From Candidatus Methanophagaceae archaeon (lineage in GTDB: Archaea > Halobacteriota > Syntropharchaeia > Alkanophagales > Methanospirareceae), in the NCBI GenBank assembly GCA_003194435.1, contig PQXC01000011.1, positions 9,433 to 73,432 of the forward strand: 64,000 nucleotides of DNA. Direction: 5' to 3'. Both the position numbers and the translations under genes were made by a program. Positions 19,144-28,976 of this stretch are shown one piece after another. The notes under the pieces are model-generated. The model saw only the letters and a program-made list of their open reading frames with translations. It did not search any database and had not been told where the DNA came from. Within the stretch, counting starts at the first letter, position 1. Every line of letters starts with the position of its first letter.

Positions 19144-20646
19144 TCAATTATGCAAAGTTTGAATTCTTCTTTCCACTTCCCGCTCCAGTTCCCTCAGGCA
19201 TAGTTTTACACGTTCCTCCTTAGCTCCCCTTAGCTTATCGTCCCGGTTCAGGTCATCTTCCCTCGCTCGCAGCATTCTCATGACCTCTTTCCTCGCAGGT
19301 CCTCCTGTTACATTGCGTCTGTTTATGTTTGAGACTATATCCAGTGCTTCCTTCACGCTCTCGGGCGTCAAACCCAGCTCGCTAACTCGCTTACCCGTGA
19401 TACGAACGCTGAACTCATCAATTCGATTAAGGTCAGCATCTGCAATATTAGTTTCACCATGCTCATGCCCCTTCTCCTCAGCCATGCTTGCTACAATCCT
19501 GTATGCGGTTCTGAATGGCAGACCGGTCTCTCGTACGATTGTATCTGCCAGCTCAGTTGCGGTAGTGAACCCCACTTTTGCTTCGTATGCCATTCGCTCC
19601 TTCTTCAATTCCAGCTTCGTTACATAGCCCCGCATCACGGCTACCGAAGTCATGGAAATCTCGGTTGCTCGCAGTAGATGGGGCGTGACCTCCTGCAAAT
19701 CCCTATTATACGAATACGGTAATGCCTTGCAGATAGAAAGAATGCTGAGTAAGCACCCATAGACCGAGCCGGCTCTTGCTCTAATGAGTTCTGCATAGTC
19801 GGGATTGCGTTTCTGCGGCATTATTGAACTCCCGGTTGCATATTCCTCAGGCAGAGTAATAAAACCAAATTCCGAACTGCTCCATAGTATTATCTCCTCC
19901 GCAAGCCTGCTCAGGTTCGTCATCAGGTTCGCATAGCATGAAACCGCTTCAATCACGAAGTCCCGCGTTGATACCGCATCCATGGAATTCTCCAGTACGG
20001 AATCAAACCCAAGTAGTTCGGCTGTTCTTTCCCTGTCAATGGGGAATCCAGTGGCAGCAAATGCGGCAGCACCCAAGGGACTCACATTTACACGCTCATA
20101 TACGGCGATGAGCCGTGCGAAGTCGCGAGCGAAAGCATCGGCATGTGCGAGTAAATGATGTGCAAGTGTTGTTGGCTGCGCATGTTGCAGATGCGTATAG
20201 CCCGGCATCACGGTCTCAATATTCTCCGCCGCCCTCTCTATTAATGCTCTTCTCAGTTCGTTCAGTTCTTTCATCAACCGCAATAGTTCCTCTCGGAGTG
20301 CTATTCTTATGCACGTTGCAACCTCGTCATTTCTCGAACGAGCCGTGTGCATCCTTCCTCCCGCATTATCGCCTACTTCTCTCGTCACCCATGATTCTAT
20401 TGCCGTATGGACATCCTCATAATTGGGGAGTTCGCGTTCTATAAAGACCTCCGACCGGAGCTGGAGATTCTGCAGGCTTTTGAGTATTGCTGCTGCTTCT
20501 TCTGCTCTTATTATACCACGCTCCGCCAGCATTACTACATGCGCCTTATCCACAACCAGATCGGCGTGAAATAGCCATCTATCCGCTTCCAGCGAGTGTA
20601 TGTAATCCCCGTCCATCTTCTTTATGTATTTATATACAATACGCAT
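19144..20646 (-). CDS. argH: argininosuccinate lyase
   Basis: HTARSRNDEV, MPGYTHLQHAQP, GSSIMPQKRNPD, YNRDLQE. Confidence 0.97.
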   Translation of the reverse strand: MRIVYKYIKKMDGDYIHSLEADRWLFHADLVVDKAHVVMLAERGIIRAEEAAAILKSLQNLQLRSEVFIERELPNYEDVHTAIESWVTREVGDNAGGRMHTARSRNDEVATCIRIALREELLRLMKELNELRRALIERAAENIETVMPGYTHLQHAQPTTLAHHLLAHADAFARDFARLIAVYERVNVSPLGAAAFAATGFPIDRERTAELLGFDSVLENSMDAVSTRDFVIEAVSCYANLMTNLSRLAEEIILWSSSEFGFITLPEEYATGSSIMPQKRNPDYAELIRARAGSVYGCLLSILSICKALPYSYNRDLQEVTPHLLRATEISMTSVAVMRGYVTKLELKKERMAYEAKVGFTTATELADTIVRETGLPFRTAYRIVASMAEEKGHEHGETNIADADLNRIDEFSVRITGKRVSELGLTPESVKEALDIVSNINRRNVTGGPARKEVMRMLRAREDDLNRDDKLRGAKEERVKLCLRELEREVERRIQTLHN

Positions 20647-20716
20647 TTAAAGGTGAAGCCATAAAACGCAAAAGGATAGAGGAAGTAGTGGTACGGGGAA
20701 AATAAAAATACCCGGG

Positions 20717-22765
20717 ATGCTTTACATACTTGTTTCTTTTGTACCCTGGATTCTTTACTGGGTGTTGTGTGGTATGGGAAGCGTCATTGGCATCTTCACT
20801 CCTCTTGTAATTTCTTTGTTTCTCGTAACCACTCAAATCCGCAAACGGGAATTCAATCTGATGGACCTTACTTCTATTTTTTATTTCAGCATAGCTACGG
20901 CAGGCACATTTATTCTCGGCTTGAATGTATTTGTAAAAAGTAGCGGTTTTCTGGGTTATCTTGTCCTATCTTTCATGGCGCTATCTTCTTTAGCTATCAA
21001 GCAACCCTTCTCCTTACAGGTGGCGAAAAGAGACTATCCAGAAATTTACTGGAAGGACCCATCTTTTTTGGCTATAAACAACTTAATCACAATAGTTTGG
21101 GCAGCCATCTTTGTATCAAATGCAGCCATATTTTTGCTCCTTGCCAGACCTTTCACAATAGCACTCTCAAACATTTTAACCACCTCCGGTATAATTTTCT
21201 CAATTGTTTTCCCTTTGAAGGCACCTGCTTATTTCGCTACAAAGGAATTCAAGAAATATGACTGGAGAGTTGAAGTGAATCCACAAAATCCAAAAGGAGC
21301 GGACGAGTATGATGCTATCATTGTTGGTTCCGGGATAGGAGGTTTAACTTGTGGTGCTTTGCTTTCAAAAAGAGGATATAAAGTTTTAGTGCTGGAGCAA
21401 CATCATCAAGTTGGGGGTTACTGTTCCTCTTTTGAGAGGAGAGGATTTGTATTTAACACTGGCGTAGAGGACGTAAGCGGTTTATGGGAGAGAGGTCCAG
21501 TCACTTATCTTTTGAGAGAACTCGGGCTGGAGAAGGGAGATTTGTTCGTAAGAAACACCACAGGATATATTTTCAGGGGGAGAGAAATAAAAGCAGAGAA
21601 TCTGGAAGAGTTCATAAAACAGCTCTCGGATATGTTCCCGGCTGAAAGAGAAAACATTCCCTCTTTCTTCATAGAAGCTAAAAAAGCTTATGATGAATGT
21701 TATAAAGATACAGAAATTTACGGCACTCCTTTACCTGCCGAACTGATAGTAAAAGTCTTTGGAGAAAGAAAGCTTCTGAATTATCCCAAGGAACATCCAC
21801 ACTTCTACGACTGGATGAACAAAACCTACAAAGAGAAGCTTAATGAATATTTTAAAAACGAAGATTTAAAAGAGTTGCTTTGTGTTCTATTGGGCTACAC
21901 AGGAACAGAGGCGGAGAAAACACCGGCAAGCAGTGCACTTACCACATGCGTTTCTTATTATCTTTACGGTGGTTATTTCCCAAAGGGAGGTGCGCAAAGG
22001 TTTGCAAATAGTTTAAAGGATGCCATTGAAAGCCGGGGTGGCAAAGTCCTGACAGGGTCTAAAGTGGATAAAATATTGGTTGAAGACGGAGAAGTTAGAG
22101 GAGTGAAAGTTGGAGAAGAGATTTTGAAAGCTCCAATAATTGTAGCTAATGCAAACGCCAAAACCACATTCTTAGAGCTTATCGGAGAAGATAAATTAGA
22201 TAAAACGTTTGTTGAGTATATAAAAGGATTAAAAATGTCTCCTTCTTGCTTTATGGTATTCCTGGGTGTTGATATGGATTTATCTGACTATCCAACGCTC
22301 ATTAAGGATCTGGACGGAGATTATGAGATTGTCATCAATTCAAATGCAGATCCAAACCTGGCACCAGAGGGCAACGCCAGCGCCAGCATTACAATATTAA
22401 CGGATGCTAATTATTACGATTTCCCGGAGCGAGGAACGGAGGAGTATTCCAGTAAGAAAGTGAAGATGGCTGAAGCACTGATTCATAAAGTTGAAGAGGT
22501 TATCCCCGGGTTGAGCAGCCACATAATCGTTCGGGATGCAGCAACGCCAAAGACATTTGAGCGGTACACATCAATGCCTGAAGGAGCCCTATATTCCTTC
22601 GATCAATCAATTGGGGTTAAAAGACCATACTTTAAGACACCAATAAAAGGTCTATATTTAGCGAGCGCTTCGACTTTCCCTGGAGGGGGAATAGAAGCTG
22701 TCGTAATCTCAGGAATTATTTGCGCAAATGAGATATGTAACTGGGAGGTAAAAGCGGAATGGTAA
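20717..22765 (+). CDS. phytoene desaturase (CrtI)-like FAD oxidoreductase with N-terminal membrane domain
   Basis: About 170-aa hydrophobic N-terminus, then DAIIVGSGIGGL..VLEQH..GGY, PKGG, ATPKTFERYT, TPIKGLYLASAS.FPGGG. Confidence 0.85.
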   Translation: MLYILVSFVPWILYWVLCGMGSVIGIFTPLVISLFLVTTQIRKREFNLMDLTSIFYFSIATAGTFILGLNVFVKSSGFLGYLVLSFMALSSLAIKQPFSLQVAKRDYPEIYWKDPSFLAINNLITIVWAAIFVSNAAIFLLLARPFTIALSNILTTSGIIFSIVFPLKAPAYFATKEFKKYDWRVEVNPQNPKGADEYDAIIVGSGIGGLTCGALLSKRGYKVLVLEQHHQVGGYCSSFERRGFVFNTGVEDVSGLWERGPVTYLLRELGLEKGDLFVRNTTGYIFRGREIKAENLEEFIKQLSDMFPAERENIPSFFIEAKKAYDECYKDTEIYGTPLPAELIVKVFGERKLLNYPKEHPHFYDWMNKTYKEKLNEYFKNEDLKELLCVLLGYTGTEAEKTPASSALTTCVSYYLYGGYFPKGGAQRFANSLKDAIESRGGKVLTGSKVDKILVEDGEVRGVKVGEEILKAPIIVANANAKTTFLELIGEDKLDKTFVEYIKGLKMSPSCFMVFLGVDMDLSDYPTLIKDLDGDYEIVINSNADPNLAPEGNASASITILTDANYYDFPERGTEEYSSKKVKMAEALIHKVEEVIPGLSSHIIVRDAATPKTFERYTSMPEGALYSFDQSIGVKRPYFKTPIKGLYLASASTFPGGGIEAVVISGIICANEICNWEVKAEW

Positions 22766-22854
22766 TAGAGTTTCGCACTGCGAATTTATTTTAATTAACA
22801 ATACCAAGAATAAGAAGAGTAGGAAGAATAAGATAAGAATAAGGGTGTAATATT

Positions 22855-24192
22855 ATGGAAGAAGAGGTAAAGACGAAGGAAGAAGTATTTGAAGTGATAA
22901 AAAATCAGAATGTGAAATTCGTTGGACTTTGGTTCACCGACATCTTGGGGAGATTGAAGAGCGTTTCTATTCCCGCTTCCGAATTAGAAACCGCCTTTGA
23001 CGAGGGTGTGGGCTTTGACGGCTCCTCGATAAAGGGGTTTGCAAGGATTGATGAAAGCGATATGGTTGCAAAACCTGACCCTGCCACATTTCAGATCATT
23101 CCATGGCGATCAAAAGGGGATGTAGTTGCGAGGATGTTCTGTGATATTCAGAATCCTGACGGTAGTCCTTACGAAGGCGACCCGAGGTATATATTGAAGA
23201 GGAGTCTGGAACGGCTGGAGAGAGAATACGGTTATACCTTTTATGTCGGTCCCGAACTGGAATACTTTTATTTTAAGAATGGGAGAAATCCAGAGGTGCT
23301 GGATGAGGGTGGATACTTCGACTTGACGACACTGGATGCAGGAATCGAGATGCGAAGAGAGACAATCTTAATGCTGGAGGCAATGGGAATAAAAGTGGAG
23401 TACAGCCATCATGAAGTTGCACCTTCGCAGCATGAGATAGACCTCAGATATAGGGATGCGCTCACGATGGCAGACCAGGTAATGACTTATCGAATAGTGG
23501 TAAAGGAGATAGCACGGCAACACGGATGTTATGCCACATTCATGCCAAAACCCATATTCGGTGTGAATGGTTCAGGAATGCACACGCATCAATCCCTATT
23601 TAAAGGAGATAAAAACGCTTTCTTTGACCCGGATGACGAATATCACCTATCTGATGTAGGCAAAGGGTATATCGCAGGATTGCTTAAACACGCACCAGAA
23701 ATAACATCTGTTACCAATCAATGGATAAATTCGTATAAACGGTTGGTCCCGGGATATGAAGCACCCGTGTATATTACATGGGCACGTCGCAACCGCTCTA
23801 CGCTCGTTCGTGTGCCGATGTATAAGCCTAATAAAGAGAAAGCGACACGTGTGGAATTCCGCAGTCCCGACCCTGCATGCAATCCTTACCTGGCGTTTTC
23901 TGTGATGCTCGCAGCAGGCTTAGCAGGGATAAAAAACAGGTATGAGTTGCCGCCACCTACGGAGAAGGATGTTTACCTGATGAGCAATGAGGAAAGGAAG
24001 AGTGAAGGAATAAAAACGCTGCCCGGGAGTTTGATTGAGGCAATTACACTGACAGAGAAGAGTGAACTGGTGAGAGAAGCTTTAGGCGACCATATCTTCA
24101 ACAACTTCATCACCTCCAAGCTCGTGGAATGGAACAGGTATCGTGTGAACGTCACGGAATGGGAGTTGAAGGAGTATTTATCGGTGCTGTGA
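22855..24192 (+). CDS. glnA: glutamine synthetase type I
   Basis: FDGSSI.GF, GPELEYF, HHEVAPSQHE, FMPKP..G.NGSGMH.HQS, EFRSPDPACNPY. Confidence 0.97.
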   Translation: MEEEVKTKEEVFEVIKNQNVKFVGLWFTDILGRLKSVSIPASELETAFDEGVGFDGSSIKGFARIDESDMVAKPDPATFQIIPWRSKGDVVARMFCDIQNPDGSPYEGDPRYILKRSLERLEREYGYTFYVGPELEYFYFKNGRNPEVLDEGGYFDLTTLDAGIEMRRETILMLEAMGIKVEYSHHEVAPSQHEIDLRYRDALTMADQVMTYRIVVKEIARQHGCYATFMPKPIFGVNGSGMHTHQSLFKGDKNAFFDPDDEYHLSDVGKGYIAGLLKHAPEITSVTNQWINSYKRLVPGYEAPVYITWARRNRSTLVRVPMYKPNKEKATRVEFRSPDPACNPYLAFSVMLAAGLAGIKNRYELPPPTEKDVYLMSNEERKSEGIKTLPGSLIEAITLTEKSELVREALGDHIFNNFITSKLVEWNRYRVNVTEWELKEYLSVL

Positions 24193-24293
24193 CTGTGATA
24201 CTGTGATACAGTGACGCTTTTTCTTTTTGCCCAAAAGAAAACGCATTTATTTATATGCCATCATAACAATAACAATCAACAATCAATCATAAC

Positions 24294-24764
24294 ATGGGGC
24301 CGCGCCAGCTTAGCGAGAAGCTAAGCGAAAAGGCAAAGGAGATGGGATATCTACCCGAGGAGTTAGGCGTTGAACTACTGAGCAAGAGTTTAAACGAGGA
24401 ACTGGATCCCGAGGGGCTTGTAGAACACTACCAATTCTTGAGTGAGAAATACCTTGATGAGGCGAGGGAACTATTGAAGAAAGGAGATTTGGTGCAGGCA
24501 TCGGAGAAGTTTTGGGGTGCAACGGCATTAACAATAAAAATGTTGGCGGCAAAGAGAGGTTTGAAGTTAGAGGAGCATGGTAGTTTGTGGGCTTTTGTAA
24601 ATGTGCTTTCCATAAAGAGCGGAGATAAAGATATCATCAGGTTCTTTAATACCGCGAATGCTTTGCATAAAAACTTCTATGAGAATGAAATGCCCAAAGA
24701 GGCAGTAGAGGTATCAGCAGAGGATATTGAGAAGTTAATAGAAAAATTGAGGAGAATCTCGTGA
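24294..24764 (+). CDS. PaREP1 family (HEPN-like) protein
   Basis: GDLVQASEKFWGA...ANALHKNFYE signature. Confidence 0.85.
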   Translation: MGPRQLSEKLSEKAKEMGYLPEELGVELLSKSLNEELDPEGLVEHYQFLSEKYLDEARELLKKGDLVQASEKFWGATALTIKMLAAKRGLKLEEHGSLWAFVNVLSIKSGDKDIIRFFNTANALHKNFYENEMPKEAVEVSAEDIEKLIEKLRRIS

Positions 24765-25031
24765 AACGGGAACAATTACTCGTTACTCGCAATAAATTCA
24801 TTGATGCTTTATGAGTCTGAGTCCATGGGAAATAATTACAGAAATGCCCTACGATGAGCGAAAACCTCTTTTTCTCTACCGGGTAGCCCATCCTACTCAT
24901 CCTTCCGTCTTTTTTATGTCGTTCATAACTTTTATGAAAAATTCTCAAATAGTTTTTTATATTCTCTTCCCCTAAGACAAGGAGGAAATATTAGTTTAGC
25001 GATAAAAAGGAAAAGGAGGAGAAGATAGCTT

Positions 25032-26135
25032 ATGGCAAACGAAAGAAGCTTCCCGATATGCTGCTATTGCGGTGCGTGTGCGGCGTTCATACCAGATTTT
25101 GAGAAGTATAAGGAGGAAGAAGTGGTGTTTGACAAGGGCTGTGGCGGTACGGTGTCAAAAGGCTTCTGTTTCAGCTTCTGTCCGCGCTCATTCGCAGCTT
25201 GCCGTTTATGTGAAGAGGAGTGTCCGAGGAAGGATTATGGCGTATGTGATTTCAGTCCCTGTGCTTCCAGTCCCGAGGGACGAATTCTGGGGCACTATAA
25301 AGAAATAATAAGTGCAAGAGCAACGGAGGAGGGCATAAGAGAGGTGGGGCAGGATGGCAGTGTTATAACAGCAATGCTATGTGAAGCGTTAAGAAGTGGA
25401 TTTATAGATGCCGCCGTTGTCGCTATACGGACAGAAGATTGGAAAGCCGAACCTTTTGTTGCCACCACACCGGAAGAAGTTTTGCGTGGCAGAGGTTCAA
25501 AATTCACTGCCTGCCCTTCTGTCCTGGGCGTATGGGAGGCAATAGACCGCGGGTATGAAAATATCGCAATGGTCGGCACGGGCTGTAATATAGAGGCGGT
25601 GAGGAGACTTCAGGCGTTACGTGACCCTGCTCTGGAGCTGGACCGTGTGAAGGTCTTAATCGGGCTTTTTTGCACCGAGGCTTTCTGGCACCGTGATCTG
25701 GTCATGTTCCTCGCCGAACGTGGGATAGAGATCAAAGAGGTAGAGCGGTTTTATGTTACAAAGGGTAAATTTATGGTGGTTACAAAGGACAAAGAGTACA
25801 GTATTCCAACAAAAGATATGGAATCTTGCGCACGGGATACATGCAGGATATGTGAAGATTTCACCTCACAGCTCGCCGATGTTTCCGCAGGCTCGTCTGG
25901 TTCGCCAGAAGGATACACGTCATTAATAATCCGGACAAAAGCGGGAGAGGAGCTCGTAAGTGTATCAAAAAGGGCAATAGAAACGAAGAAGCTGGATGAT
26001 GCGGGTATAAAAAAAATGGAAAGGCTCGCTTTTAATAAGAAGATGAGGAATTATGGTATGATACTGGACCAGATGGGGATTTGTTCTGCGTGTTTAACCA
26101 ATCCGTATTCTTTTACGTTGCAAGCATCACATTAA
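25032..26135 (+). CDS. FrhB/FdhB-family F420-binding subunit (probable glutamate synthase electron-input subunit)
   Basis: QDGS.ITAML, GSKFT, VGTGC, IGLFCTEAF, C.ICEDFTSQLADVS.G..GSP.G; Cys-rich N-terminus. Confidence 0.85.
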   Translation: MANERSFPICCYCGACAAFIPDFEKYKEEEVVFDKGCGGTVSKGFCFSFCPRSFAACRLCEEECPRKDYGVCDFSPCASSPEGRILGHYKEIISARATEEGIREVGQDGSVITAMLCEALRSGFIDAAVVAIRTEDWKAEPFVATTPEEVLRGRGSKFTACPSVLGVWEAIDRGYENIAMVGTGCNIEAVRRLQALRDPALELDRVKVLIGLFCTEAFWHRDLVMFLAERGIEIKEVERFYVTKGKFMVVTKDKEYSIPTKDMESCARDTCRICEDFTSQLADVSAGSSGSPEGYTSLIIRTKAGEELVSVSKRAIETKKLDDAGIKKMERLAFNKKMRNYGMILDQMGICSACLTNPYSFTLQASH

Positions 26136-26147
26136 GGGGTGATTGAA

Positions 26148-27755
26148 ATGGCAGATATATATGCAAATGCGAGGTCTACCACGGGAACGTCCGTGAGAAG
26201 GAGAGATGTGAATGCACTGAGTGGAATGTGTCCGATATGCGTGAAGGAGTGCACGGTGCTATGCGAAGTTGGTAAGAGCGCGTTCAGGGGACGAGAAGTA
26301 TTATATCCGGAGCCAGAGCAATTTGGATGGAGTACTGCCGCGTCGAACAAGGATTATGGACTCGATTGGTCTGACTTCAATATCCTTTCGCGGTTGCGAG
26401 GCGCGGAAGGGATTGAACCAGAGCCGGATGTCGCTTTGTTCCATAACGTGGATATAGAATCGAAGATAGGGGGTATTCCGTTGAAAATACCGCTGGCAAC
26501 GGGCGCATTCGGGTCCACCGCGGTAGGAGAAAACAACTGGGATGCACTTGCTATCGGCGCCGCACTCTCAGGAGTAATAATAATTATCGGGGAGAACGTT
26601 TGCGGTGTTGATAAAGAGTCGGTATTCACGAACGGGAAAGTGACGCGCTCGCCGGAGATGGAACGGAGGGTGAGACTTTTCAAGGAATACTGGGACGGCA
26701 AATACGGTGATATCGCAGTGCAGACGAATGTGGAAGACCAGAGGTTCGGCGTGGACGAGTATGTATTGTCAAAACTGGAAGTGAACATAATAGAGAGGAA
26801 ATGGGGGCAGGGCGCAAAGGCGATAGGTGGTGAAATACGTGTTTCTTCGCTTGATAGGGCACTGGAACTGAAGAAGAGGGGATATATTGTGCTGCCAGAC
26901 CCGGAAGAGCCTGTGGTTCAAGAAGCGTTCAAAAATGGGTTGTTCAAGACATTTGAGCGGCACAGTCGCGTGGGATTTCCGGAAGAGCGCGATTTCGTGG
27001 AGGATGTCGAATGGCTTCGTAGCATAGGAGCAAAGCATGTAACGATAAAGACCGGTGCTTATCGCCCTGTTGACGTTGCATGGACGATGAAAGTGGCATC
27101 AGAAGCAAAAGTGGATTATATAACGTTTGATGGAGCAGGTGGAGGGACGGGGATGAGTCCGGTGCCGATGATGAATGAGATGAGTACGCCCACCGTGTAT
27201 TTGGAAGCGCAGGTATTGAAGTGTGCGAGGATATTGCTCCGTGAAGGGAAATACGTGCCTGATATAAGCATGGCTGGCGGGTTCGTCAACGAGACACAGA
27301 TATTCAAGGCGATAGCGCTTAGCAATTTCGACGGGAACAATGGCAAAGGACCCTTCGTGAAATCTATCACGATGGCAAGGTCGCCGTTGACGGCAGCGAT
27401 GAAAGCTCTTTATTTCACCGAACTCGCAGAAAAGAACAGGTTACCGAGGGATTTTGCAAATAAATATGGCAACAGCCCGGAAAAGTTCTTTATCGCTGCT
27501 GATGAGATAAAAGGGGAATATGGCGATAGAGTGGGTAAGGAGATACCATGGTCTGCGGTTGGTGTTTACACGTATCTCAGCGAGAGGTTGGGACTGGGTT
27601 TAAAGCAGTTGCTCGCCGGCACTCGCAAGTTCAAACTGGATTTGATAGACCGTGGCGATATTGCGGCACTTAGCAGGCTTGCTTCGGAGGTCACGGGGAT
27701 ACCAATGATGCATGAAATAGAGGCTGAGTTGTTTGAGGAGATACTAACATCTTAA
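26148..27755 (+). CDS. archaeal glutamate synthase FMN-binding subunit
   Basis: SGMCP.C..C..LCEVG, KWGQGAKAIGGE, KTGAYRP, DGAGGGTGMSP. Confidence 0.9.
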   Translation: MADIYANARSTTGTSVRRRDVNALSGMCPICVKECTVLCEVGKSAFRGREVLYPEPEQFGWSTAASNKDYGLDWSDFNILSRLRGAEGIEPEPDVALFHNVDIESKIGGIPLKIPLATGAFGSTAVGENNWDALAIGAALSGVIIIIGENVCGVDKESVFTNGKVTRSPEMERRVRLFKEYWDGKYGDIAVQTNVEDQRFGVDEYVLSKLEVNIIERKWGQGAKAIGGEIRVSSLDRALELKKRGYIVLPDPEEPVVQEAFKNGLFKTFERHSRVGFPEERDFVEDVEWLRSIGAKHVTIKTGAYRPVDVAWTMKVASEAKVDYITFDGAGGGTGMSPVPMMNEMSTPTVYLEAQVLKCARILLREGKYVPDISMAGGFVNETQIFKAIALSNFDGNNGKGPFVKSITMARSPLTAAMKALYFTELAEKNRLPRDFANKYGNSPEKFFIAADEIKGEYGDRVGKEIPWSAVGVYTYLSERLGLGLKQLLAGTRKFKLDLIDRGDIAALSRLASEVTGIPMMHEIEAELFEEILTS

Positions 27756-27765
27756 CATCGTAGTG

Positions 27766-28656
27766 CTAAGGCAAAGGGGGGGTTCTGTCCTCCCCACCCC
27801 TATGGGTGAAGTTTATAATGCTCAAATACAATCTGCTCCACCATATAACGGTTAAAGGTTGAATAATAATAACCGATAGTATCACGCTAATTATACCGCC
27901 GATATGGGGGATAGCGCCTAAAGGCATAACGATTGTAGTTATTACGAGTACAATAAGCCATAACAGGAAGACCGCGACTTTATTGTGCATAAAAGCTACG
28001 AAACCGTTTTTAATACCTTCTATTGCACCGACATCGTCTATAACAACGGAATATCTGGGAAGTGCAAATATTATACTGATGAGCAGGAGATAAACTATCA
28101 TAGCGAGAAAACCCAGTCCAAATAGTGCCAATGCCATAACCGCTTCCTCAGGTGGTAGCTCCGAGAGTGCCCTTAGTTTTGGGAGAATGTATAAGATGCC
28201 GGGGATCAAGAAGACAATACCACCAAGAGAAATCAAACCAATAATAAAGTCAGTGAAGAACAGACTTATGAACTTCCGCTTACCGTATTCGATCATGTGA
28301 TAGAGGCTGGTACGTCCGGTTTCTGTTGCCTCCTTAGCCATACCGATCGCTCCAGCCCGGAAAAAAGCATCTATCAACCCGCATAAAATTACTGTGACGA
28401 TAAAGGCGATAATGATTATGACTATGCTCTGAATGATTTGGGGCTGAAGCTGCGAAATAACATCAGGGGTGATTTCATCGGGTTTTGTAAGGTATGGTAC
28501 CAGCGAAGGAATTGATGCCAGTATGGCACCGCCCATGATTATAATTGCCAGTATGGATGTTAGTATCGAACTAAACACAAAAGGAAGGCAAATGCACAAG
28601 TTCTCCTTCCACGTGTCGAACCCCCTTCTGATTACACTGCCAATGTCTTCTACCAT
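27766..28656 (-). CDS. multi-pass membrane protein of unknown function
   Basis: About 6 TM helices; FF.AGAIGMAKEA..TG.T motif common in Methanomicrobia membrane proteins. Confidence 0.75.
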   Translation of the reverse strand: MVEDIGSVIRRGFDTWKENLCICLPFVFSSILTSILAIIIMGGAILASIPSLVPYLTKPDEITPDVISQLQPQIIQSIVIIIIAFIVTVILCGLIDAFFRAGAIGMAKEATETGRTSLYHMIEYGKRKFISLFFTDFIIGLISLGGIVFLIPGILYILPKLRALSELPPEEAVMALALFGLGFLAMIVYLLLISIIFALPRYSVVIDDVGAIEGIKNGFVAFMHNKVAVFLLWLIVLVITTIVMPLGAIPHIGGIISVILSVIIIQPLTVIWWSRLYLSIINFTHRGGEDRTPPLP

Positions 28657-28976
28657 GTCAGGTCATGTAATGCTAATCTTCACAGTTAAAAAAGCCTTTT
28701 CAATTACTGTCTTGAAAGTAAAACTGAAGTATTGACCACGCAAAAATCTCGATCACTTCTGCTGTTCAATTCACCTTTTGCAACCGAGCCGAACAAAAGG
28801 ACCGCAAGAACATTCTCATCATATTCTAAAAAAGCAAAAACTATTTTAAAACAGACTGAACGCTTCGTATAGCGATGCAAATTCTTTAAAGAGAAAGCAT
28901 CCCTATCAATTTTCCCATTTTGAAGTTATTCCCTGGAGATATGCTGTTGAGGAAAAGCGAATTTTATCTCCAATTT

